Below, piece by piece: positions 57,356 through 64,000 of a stretch of DNA of 64,000 bases. The position numbers were made by a program, and so were the translations under genes. How positions within the stretch are numbered: the stretch's first letter is position 1; each line of letters begins with the position of its first letter. The stretch is from Acidobacteriota bacterium. Its GTDB lineage: Bacteria; Acidobacteriota; Thermoanaerobaculia; Multivoradales; UBA5704. The notes beneath the pieces are model-generated. The model searched no databases. It was not told the DNA's origin and was given only the letters and a program-made list of their open reading frames with translations. The stretch lies in NCBI GenBank assembly GCA_040005235.1, contig JBDTZG010000001.1:160001-224000 (forward strand), read 5' to 3'.

Positions 57356-58438
57356 CTAAGGCGTGAAGCCTTCACGGTCGACCAGGCCGTTCAAAACGTC
57401 GCTGTTCTGCGAGACGCCTTCGAGGTTGTAGTAGTTGATCGGTCCGCCCGACGTCTTCTGGATCCAAAGCTCGACGCGGGAGGTGGTGAAGCGGATCACC
57501 TCAGGCCAGAGGAAGCCGTTCGGGCGCGGGCCGATGATGCGGACGAAGATCTCCGAGCGGGTCGCGATGGCGCCTGCGAGGCAGAGCGTCTCCGGCACGC
57601 AATCGGTGACTTTCGTTGCGATGCGGCTGTTGTCGATCCGAGACTTGAATTGGAAGCCCGGCAGCGCGGTCGTGGTCAGCCACGGTCCGTCGGGCGGGAG
57701 GGGATCGGGTCCGCCGGTGGGGGTGAACTCGGCGCGGAACATTACCGCCCGGTCGGTGGCAAAGGTATCGGTGATCGGTTGCCAGCTGGTCGCGCCGTCG
57801 ACCGATTGGAAGACCTTGGCGAGCGGAGTTCCCGCGCTTTCGTCGGCGCAAACGAACAGCGCCTGATTGGCAACCCCATCCCACTGCACGCCGACGTATG
57901 CGCCTCCCGATCCGAGTTGCAGGCCCAGGTTCGTGCAATCCTCCCCAACGAAGCTGCTGTTGAACGCGGAGCCGATGCCCACCGAAGAGGGCACGCTTCC
58001 GAGGAAGCTGCCGGGCGTTCCGTTGGGGCCATCGTCATCATAGATGAGGAAGTTGAACGACATCGCGGAGGGGCTGCTGCCGGTCAACCAACAGGCGCAG
58101 ACACGCGAGAGCGTCGATGGGTAGCTTGGCGGGGCCAGCCGCTGCACCACGCGAATGTCCGGCGCGGCGACCCGATAGCCCTCCTCGATGCTCCCATCGT
58201 CCGCGGCGACTCCGCCGCTGCAGGTCGGGCCGGCTTGGGGGAGGTAGGGGGACCCGCCTCGAAGATCGGTGAATCGAAAAGCGCTTTGGGCGTAAACGCC
58301 CGTGGAAGAGAGCAGAATCGCCACTCCGAGGCCGAGCAAGGTCGACGCGGGACGCGTCGACCGCTGGGAGAATTCGGCAAGGTTTTTTTGGGATGGGCTC
58401 CCAGAGTGGTCATTTTTTCCGACTGCATTGGTGTTCAT
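57356..58438 (-). CDS. Secreted hypothetical protein with a Cys-containing beta-rich domain, Pro linker and distinct C-terminal domain
   Basis: RBS AGGAGGAG before ATG 58438, hydrophobic signal (LLGLGVAILLSSTGVYA), PTGGPDPLPPDGP linker. Confidence 0.75.
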   Translation of the reverse strand: MNTNAVGKNDHSGSPSQKNLAEFSQRSTRPASTLLGLGVAILLSSTGVYAQSAFRFTDLRGGSPYLPQAGPTCSGGVAADDGSIEEGYRVAAPDIRVVQRLAPPSYPSTLSRVCACWLTGSSPSAMSFNFLIYDDDGPNGTPGSFLGSVPSSVGIGSAFNSSFVGEDCTNLGLQLGSGGAYVGVQWDGVANQALFVCADESAGTPLAKVFQSVDGATSWQPITDTFATDRAVMFRAEFTPTGGPDPLPPDGPWLTTTALPGFQFKSRIDNSRIATKVTDCVPETLCLAGAIATRSEIFVRIIGPRPNGFLWPEVIRFTTSRVELWIQKTSGGPINYYNLEGVSQNSDVLNGLVDREGFTP

Positions 58439-58470
58439 AGGGGTACTCCTCCTTTGCGGTCCTCTGAAAG

Positions 58471-58486
58471 TGCAAGGCGGGTGCCG
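58471..58486 (-). promoter_or_regulatory. Sigma54 (-24/-12) promoter
   Basis: - strand CGGCAC-CCGCC-TTGCA matches (T)GGCAC-N5-TTGCW, ~33 nt upstream of ATG 58438. Confidence 0.6.
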
Positions 58487-58537
58487 TGGAATCGATCGGC
58501 TTCCCAGGGGCCGGCCGAGACTGCCAGACTGGAACCC

Positions 58538-59053
58538 ATGGGCAACCTCTCGATCGCGCTCGCCGCGCCTGCCGACGCTCCGGCCCTCGCCGCTCTGCAT
58601 ACGGCGGTGGCGGAGCGGCTGACCCGCGACTTCGGCCAAGGACATTGGTCCTCGGTGGTGACGGAAAAAGGCGTGCTGCGCAACATGGACCACAACCGGG
58701 TGCTCGTGGCTCGAGATAGAGACCGCCTGGTGGGCACGCTCAGCCTGGTCAACAAGAAACCTTGGGCCATCGATCCGGCGCATTTCACCGCCGTGCGCCG
58801 GCCGCTTTATCTTCTGAACATGGCCGTCGAACCTGCCGTGCAACGAAGAGGTATCGGGCGATATCTGGTCGAAGAGGCGAAGGCGGCGGCGCGAGCCTGG
58901 CCGGCGGAGGCGATCCGTCTCGACGCCTACGACGCCGAGGCCGGAGCGGGCACCTTTTACGCCAAGTGCGGATTTGGCGAAAGGGGCAGGGTGGTCTACC
59001 GGAACGTGCCGCTGGCCTATTACGAGTTGCTGCTCGATAAGGCGGGGATTTGA
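58538..59053 (+). CDS. GNAT family N-acetyltransferase
   Basis: LNMAVEPAVQRRGIGR (acetyl-CoA motif A), IRLDAY, FYAKCGF. Start at ATG 58538 (MGNLSIALA). Confidence 0.88.
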   Translation: MGNLSIALAAPADAPALAALHTAVAERLTRDFGQGHWSSVVTEKGVLRNMDHNRVLVARDRDRLVGTLSLVNKKPWAIDPAHFTAVRRPLYLLNMAVEPAVQRRGIGRYLVEEAKAAARAWPAEAIRLDAYDAEAGAGTFYAKCGFGERGRVVYRNVPLAYYELLLDKAGI

Positions 59054-59364
59054 GAATCCCCGCCCGATTCGGCGTGTTCGTCCGTCGGATTCGCCAGGAA
59101 ATCCTCCATCAGCTTCGACTCCTGGTCGCGCAAGGAGGGCAGAACATTTTCGAGCCCGGCCGCGCCGCTCACGTAGGTTTCTTTCTTGCCGTCGACTGCC
59201 AAGCGCTCCCAGAGTCCGGTGGAGACTTCCGTCCAACCCTGTGCTGCGAGATCCTTGCTAACCGATCCGTCGGTAACGGTCAACGAGAAGTCTCCGGCGA
59301 AGCTACAGACTGAAGAGGAGAGGCAGAGCAGGCCAGCGAGCGAGGCGATCTTCCAAAATTTCAT
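59020..59364 (-). CDS. Small secreted protein, possibly a 3'-truncated remnant
   Basis: Clear signal peptide MKFWKIASLAGLLCLSSSVCSFA and RBS GGAGGA. The C-terminus runs through a hairpin and 34 nt into the convergent GNAT gene. Confidence 0.55.
   Translation of the reverse strand: MKFWKIASLAGLLCLSSSVCSFAGDFSLTVTDGSVSKDLAAQGWTEVSTGLWERLAVDGKKETYVSGAAGLENVLPSLRDQESKLMEDFLANPTDEHAESGGDSQIPALSSSNS
59041..59064. terminator. Hairpin over the GNAT stop codon
   Basis: GGCGGGGATT-TGAG-AATCCCCGCC perfect 10-bp stem. No U-tract. Confidence 0.5.
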
Positions 59365-59464
59365 CCGAAATCCTCCGAAGTGGCGGCGGGGAACATCCGC
59401 GCCTCCAACTAACGGAGTGCATCGAGTCGGAAATGTGGACCCCGGGGAGCGCGATCAGAGGCGA

Positions 59465-60118
59465 TCAAAGGCGATCGAGGTCGACGTTCGGAGCCAGGCG
59501 AACAGCGGCCGGCCGCCGGACTTCGCGCGCACGGACGATGTAACGCTGGGGGGCCGCGCCGATGTAGTGGAAGGGGTAGCAGGTCACCAGCGTGAGCGTG
59601 GGGGAGGAGCCCGGGGCGAGCACGCCGATCTCGGTGGGCTCGACGATGCGGAGGTCCTCGACGAGGTAGTCGTAGGTTCCGTCGGTCGTGACGAGCTGAA
59701 TCGGATCGGCGAGCTTCAGCTTCGCGAGGCCGCGAAAGAAGGTGTCGCGGTGGCCGGCAAGCGCGACGTTGCCGGACTCGCCCGGCAGTGCGGTGTTCGG
59801 GATGTGGCCGATGGCGCGATTCAGGAGCGGATCGTCGACTCCCTCGGCGACGATCGCATCGATTTCGGCCGTGGGGATGGTCAAGCGGCCGATCACTTCG
59901 GAGGCGGCCGGTTTCCGCTCGTGCGAGGCGGGAGTCAAACCCTGCGAGACGGCGTTCTTTGCCGCCGTCGCGAGCCGGACGGTTTCGATGCGCTGATAGG
60001 CGAGGCGGTCGAGCTCGACCCAGGACACGTAGCCCAACGCCAGAAAGGCGACTAGGAACAGTGCCCGTTCGAAAGAACGGGCACCGCTCCGAATCGCCTC
60101 GCTGGGTGAGATCAGCAT
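59465..60118 (-). CDS. Class D sortase
   Basis: N-terminal TM, NVALAGHRDTFFR (His), TLTLVTCYPF (Cys), RYIVRA (Arg). Confidence 0.93.
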   Translation of the reverse strand: MLISPSEAIRSGARSFERALFLVAFLALGYVSWVELDRLAYQRIETVRLATAAKNAVSQGLTPASHERKPAASEVIGRLTIPTAEIDAIVAEGVDDPLLNRAIGHIPNTALPGESGNVALAGHRDTFFRGLAKLKLADPIQLVTTDGTYDYLVEDLRIVEPTEIGVLAPGSSPTLTLVTCYPFHYIGAAPQRYIVRAREVRRPAAVRLAPNVDLDRL

Positions 60119-60135
60119 TGGGGGGAACCGTTTGG

Positions 60136-60861
60136 TTAGTGGGTGGTCCGCTGCCGCATCAGAAGAGCGGCGGCGCCGAGGGCGAGGAGACCGAAGACGA
60201 AGACCGCCGGTTCGGGGCTGGCCGTCTGCGGCAGGCTGGTGTCGTTCGCCATAGTGTTTTTAGACGCCATGGTGTCGTTGGCCATCTTATCGTTGGCCAT
60301 GGTGTCGTTTGCCATCGTGTGGTTGGTGTCCATCGTGTCCGCCGACTTGTCCATCGTGTCGTTCATCGGCGCGGCGGCCGTGGTGCCCATCGTCGAATCG
60401 GTCGTCGTTTCCATCGCCCGGTTCGGGTCGTTGGGCTGCATCGGCTTGGCCGGAGCCTGGTAGCCGCCGGTGGTGCCCACCACGGTCGAGCGAGATTCGC
60501 CCGTCTGGCCATTCGTGCCCGGCGTACCGGTGTTGGTCAGAGTGCGGGTCGTCGTGCCGCCCGGTTTCGCGGGGGCCGCCGCCTCGGTTCCTTCAACGAC
60601 CTGGACGGCCTGGAAACCGCCGGTATCCAAAGCATGGTAGACGACGGTTACCTGATCGCCCTCGGAAACAATCGCCGGCTTCGAGGTCGCCGAATCCATC
60701 ACCAGATTCAGGCGGGTGCCGGCGTCGGTCTGGACCACCAAGTCGAACGCGGAAGACGAGATCACGCGCCCCGAGACCGTTTTGTTCATGGTTTCCTGGG
60801 CGTAGGCGGCAGCTCCGACGGCGAGGACGAGGCAGAGGAATAGGTTCGATATGCGCTTCAC
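60136..60861 (-). CDS. Sortase substrate with LPQTA sorting signal and Met-rich NDTMA pentapeptide repeats
   Basis: RBS AAGGAGG before GTG 60861, signal peptide, LPQTA at 60234-60220, then a hydrophobic helix and RQR tail. Lies 17 bp upstream of the sortase. Confidence 0.88.
   Translation of the reverse strand: MKRISNLFLCLVLAVGAAAYAQETMNKTVSGRVISSSAFDLVVQTDAGTRLNLVMDSATSKPAIVSEGDQVTVVYHALDTGGFQAVQVVEGTEAAAPAKPGGTTTRTLTNTGTPGTNGQTGESRSTVVGTTGGYQAPAKPMQPNDPNRAMETTTDSTMGTTAAAPMNDTMDKSADTMDTNHTMANDTMANDKMANDTMASKNTMANDTSLPQTASPEPAVFVFGLLALGAAALLMRQRTTH
60238..60366 (-). repeat. 15-bp coding repeats (NDTMA/NDKMA/NHTMA)
   Basis: Protein reads MNDTMDKSADTMDTNHTMANDTMANDKMANDTMASKNTMANDT. Confidence 0.8.
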
Positions 60862-60955
60862 GAGGGCCTCCTTCGAATTGGGCGATGAGCCGTCACCTTG
60901 GAACGAACATGAAGCGAGTCGGTGACGACCTTTGCCCGGCATGCCCTCGAAAAGG

Positions 60956-60970
60956 GCAAGAGCGATGCCA
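60956..60970 (-). promoter_or_regulatory. Sigma54 (-24/-12) promoter for the LPQTA-protein/sortase operon
   Basis: - strand TGGCAT-CGCTC-TTGC with exact -24/-12 spacing, ~95 nt upstream of GTG 60861. Confidence 0.65.
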
Positions 60971-61088
60971 GGTTCCCCCGCCCGGGAGGGGATGCGCAAT
61001 GAGGCAGTCGTTGCCGGTGCCGGGGCTCGGCTGGCAGGAAATGCCCGCGGGAGTCGAGACCTCCCGCGGCCGGAATGCGCCGGTTCGT

Positions 61089-63002
61089 TTACTCGATTTC
61101 GAGCCGTAACAGCCCTTCGCCGTCGGTGCCGGCCCAGAGGATCTCACGCCGGCCGTCGAGGGCGAACGCCCCCAAGAATCGATCGGCGGGTAGGCCGTCG
61201 CCCTGCGACAGCCAGGCGGCGGTTGCGGCGTCCCAGCGGTAGATCCCTTTCTTCGCGACGCCGGCATAGACACCGTCGGGCCGCTTCGGGTCCGGAACCA
61301 GCGTCGCGATCTCGCCGCCGAGCGGCGCGCCGAGCGGCTGAAAGGTCCGGCCGCCGTCGATGCTCCAGGAGACCGTGCCGTCGGGCGCGCCGACCCACAG
61401 CGCGTCGGCGCGGTTCGGGTCGAGCACCAGCGACGAGAGGTGATGCACGTCGCCGATGCTCTGCCAGGTGGTGCCGGCGTCGAGGCTCTTCTTGAGGTCC
61501 GCAAACGTCGTCGCGTAAAGCGTGTTGCCCCGCCGGGGATCGACCGCGAGGGCGGTCGCGTCAAGCGGGCGTTGGCGATGGCGCCAGGTCCGGCCGCCGT
61601 CGGTCGAGAGGGCGAGGATCACCGTGCGGTCGGGATCGAAACGCTCTTCATAGACGGACGCGACGTAGAGCTTTTTGGGGTTGCTGGGATCGATGGCAAA
61701 GGCGGAGTGGAAGCCTTCGAGGAAGGGAAGGTACCCCGCGTAGAGGGGGAGCAGCAGGCGCCAGGTCAATCCGCCGTCGCGGCTCGTGAACAGGCCGATC
61801 GGACCGTGACCGTAGGCCCGATCTCCGTCGCTCGGATCGAAGACCACCTGCTCGTGGCCCGGAGAGGTGGCCTTTTTCCACGTCGCCCCGGAATTTGCGC
61901 TCGCGAAGACCTCCGGCGTTAGCGCAAGGACGCGCGGCAGCACGTCGCTCGAAGCGGCGATACCGCCGATACGGTGGGCGGTGATCCCCTGGCTCGATGC
62001 GCGCCAGCCGGCGCCCCCGCTTCCCGAGCGCCAGACGCCGCGATCGGAGCCCGAAAGGATCGTTCCGCCGGCAAGCGGTGCGAGGGCGGCGACCGAACCG
62101 TCCGGACCGCCCTGGCGGACGCCTTGGGCATTCGCCGCCGGCAGCCAGGTGTCGCCATCGTCGCCGGAACGGAGAACGCCGTCGGAAGTTGCGATCAGCA
62201 GGCTTCCTGTGCGGGTGAACGCGAAATCGCGGACATAGGTCGAGAGGTCGCGATCCAACTCGATCCAGGTGGCGCCTTCGTCGTCCGAGCGATAGAGCGT
62301 GCCCGACGTGAGAAGGAACGCGTCGCCCGCCGGATTGAAACCGAAACGCGGCTGGCTGACGATGCCGGGAAAATTCGACGATTCTGCCCAGGTGAGGCCG
62401 CCGTCGCGGCTGCGCAGCACTTTGCCTTCGGTGAGAGCGTCCCGTCCGATCACGAACAGGAGGTTCGCCTTCCGGGGGTGGACGCCCACGGCTTCGGCTT
62501 GGAATTCGGGGAGCGCGAAGGGCGCCCAGTGGTTCCCGAGATTGCGGCTCCGGTAGATGCCGTGGTTGGTTGCCGCCCATAGCGTTCGCGGGCTGCGCGG
62601 ATCGAGGGTCAACGCGGACGCCGAGCCGAGTACGATTCCCGAACCCACCTGCACGTCTTCCCAGGTGACGCCTCCGTCGGCACTTTTGGCGAAAGACCCG
62701 GCGAAAGCCCCGAGCTCCGCGAACAGCAGGCGCGCGTTGGTGGGCGCCACTTCGATCCGGTAGGCGGTGGTCAGGCTCGCCTGCCGACCGGGCGAGTTCC
62801 AAGTTTGGCCGCCGTCGGTGCTTTTGACGACGCCGCTCGGCCGGATGCCGGCATACACCACCCCCGGAGCGCTCGGCGCCGCGGCGAGAGAGAGGATCGG
62901 GCCGCCATACAGGGGGACCGGCTGCCAGGTGGCGGCCGGGAGGGTGCCGGAGAAGAACGCCAGGCCGAGTGCGGCCAGGAGGGTAGGTCGGATTTTGTTC
63001 AT
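61089..63002 (-). CDS. Secreted BNR/Asp-box beta-propeller protein (YCF48/VPS10-like)
   Basis: Signal peptide MNKIRPTLLAALGLAFFSGTLPA and more than 10 S-x-D-x-G-x-T-W boxes (KSTDGGQTW, KSADGGVTW, RSRDGGLTW, RSDDEGATW...). Confidence 0.88.
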   Translation of the reverse strand: MNKIRPTLLAALGLAFFSGTLPAATWQPVPLYGGPILSLAAAPSAPGVVYAGIRPSGVVKSTDGGQTWNSPGRQASLTTAYRIEVAPTNARLLFAELGAFAGSFAKSADGGVTWEDVQVGSGIVLGSASALTLDPRSPRTLWAATNHGIYRSRNLGNHWAPFALPEFQAEAVGVHPRKANLLFVIGRDALTEGKVLRSRDGGLTWAESSNFPGIVSQPRFGFNPAGDAFLLTSGTLYRSDDEGATWIELDRDLSTYVRDFAFTRTGSLLIATSDGVLRSGDDGDTWLPAANAQGVRQGGPDGSVAALAPLAGGTILSGSDRGVWRSGSGGAGWRASSQGITAHRIGGIAASSDVLPRVLALTPEVFASANSGATWKKATSPGHEQVVFDPSDGDRAYGHGPIGLFTSRDGGLTWRLLLPLYAGYLPFLEGFHSAFAIDPSNPKKLYVASVYEERFDPDRTVILALSTDGGRTWRHRQRPLDATALAVDPRRGNTLYATTFADLKKSLDAGTTWQSIGDVHHLSSLVLDPNRADALWVGAPDGTVSWSIDGGRTFQPLGAPLGGEIATLVPDPKRPDGVYAGVAKKGIYRWDAATAAWLSQGDGLPADRFLGAFALDGRREILWAGTDGEGLLRLEIE

Positions 63003-63111
63003 GGGGAGAGAGTAGGCCGGTTTCCCCGTTGGCGTCGGCCGTTGTGGGACGAACGGCGGATGGGCGAAGCCGAGGAGCCCCGGGCCGGGATTCCTCGGCT
63101 TCGGTTTGGCA

Positions 63112-63999
63112 TCAGAACCAGTATTTGGCCTTCTTGGCCCACTCGCTTTCCGGGTAGTTTTTCTTGAGCAGGTCGAACGTCGCTTTCGACAAGTTCGGCT
63201 TCTCCTGGCGGCAGCCGGCGACTTTGGCTCGCTGGGAGGTGAGATACAGGGCCTCCGGGACGTTCGGGTCGGCCGGCCGTTCGCGCGCCCAGGCGAGCAC
63301 CCGGTTGGCCACCACGTCGTAGCCCTCGCCCAGCGCTTCAAGCGTCTTTCCCTCGCGCTCGGCGGCGGCGTTCTCCGCGGCGGAAAGAAAAGACGGTTTG
63401 CCCGACAGATCGGGCAGGTCGGAGTTCTTGTCGTCGTCTCCGACCTCGGTCGGGAGCTTCGCGCACCACCAGTTGCGGCGGTAGTCGTCGATCTCGCCGA
63501 CCGCGGCCCAGCGCGGAAAGCCCCCTTCGACGACCGGCGCGAGGCCGGGGTTCTTGAGCAGCGCCCAAGCCGCCAGGCTCGGGCGGCCGGCGGGAGAGGC
63601 GGCGGCCCACGCGGCGATCTCCGGCACCTCGTTTCCGATCGTCTTCGCAGCGCTTTCGGCCATCGCCGGGTCGCCGAGCAACAGGGCGCGCGTCCAGGCG
63701 GCTTCGGCCAGCCGCTTGCGGACGTCCTCGGCAGTCACTTTGCCTGACGCCGCGCCAAAGCGGGCGAGCGGCAGCGAGGTGTTCAACCAGAACGCCGCCT
63801 CGCCGGTCAGATAGCGAGCGCTCGCCGCTTCTTTCCGGTCCTCCTCGGTGGCTTCTGGGTCGCTCAAACGTTGCTGGACCCCGTCGCGCAAGAGATCATC
63901 GAGACTCGTCGAGGTCCGCAGCCGCAGGCTCTTTGCCAGGTTCTCCGAGCCGCGCGAGAGGGGACTTTGAAGCAGGTGGTCGAGATCTTTTCGCGCCTC
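63112..63999 (-). CDS. Hypothetical helical protein, C-terminal part (5'-partial)
   Basis: Frame is open to the window end. C-terminus PEALYL..GC..SKATFDLLKKNYPESEWAKKAKYWF resembles TPR-like envelope proteins. Confidence 0.7.
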   Translation of the reverse strand, partial: EARKDLDHLLQSPLSRGSENLAKSLRLRTSTSLDDLLRDGVQQRLSDPEATEEDRKEAASARYLTGEAAFWLNTSLPLARFGAASGKVTAEDVRKRLAEAAWTRALLLGDPAMAESAAKTIGNEVPEIAAWAAASPAGRPSLAAWALLKNPGLAPVVEGGFPRWAAVGEIDDYRRNWWCAKLPTEVGDDDKNSDLPDLSGKPSFLSAAENAAAEREGKTLEALGEGYDVVANRVLAWARERPADPNVPEALYLTSQRAKVAGCRQEKPNLSKATFDLLKKNYPESEWAKKAKYWF

Positions 64000-64000
64000 A

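Noticed and set aside
57650-59236. Extended overlapping ORFs 57650-59053 (+) and 57356-59236 (-)
   Set aside because: Each extension is the antisense of the other gene. The true starts are 58538 and 58438, divergent.
46550-64000. Downstream genes as NRPS tailoring or resistance genes; also tRNA, rRNA or IS elements
   Set aside because: The first downstream gene is convergent and the functions are generic envelope roles. No tRNA, rRNA, transposase or integrase signatures were seen in the window.

Overview
Very GC-rich bacterial DNA; the gene repertoire suggests Acidobacteriota (Thermoanaerobaculia-like), which is inference only. The first 46 kb is the 3' part of a giant NRPS assembly line: three translationally coupled + strand genes, the first truncated by the window edge. 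They carry 13 C-A-T modules, a CurM/Ols-type sulfotransferase inserted between T3 and C4, an atypical DCL-like C domain after a Ser module that has no E domain, one E domain and a terminal TE. Specificity codes read by eye predict ...Gly-Gly-Tyr(sulfated?)-Gln-Aro-Ser*-Thr-Aro-D-Xaa(acidic?)-Thr-Tyr-Gly-Gly. Directly after the NRPS stop is a cryptic non-coding array of degenerate 13-bp palindromes spaced 20-21 bp apart. The remaining 18 kb holds envelope and accessory genes: GT-C-like membrane proteins, phospholipase D, a di-heme oxidoreductase, GT4, a Coa1-like protein, AAA-DUF4143 plus a nucleotidyltransferase, a GNAT, secreted proteins, a class D sortase with its LPQTA substrate, and a BNR beta-propeller. 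Two sigma54 promoter motifs, a compact bidirectional promoter and several terminators are also visible. All assignments come from motif reading; no databases were searched.
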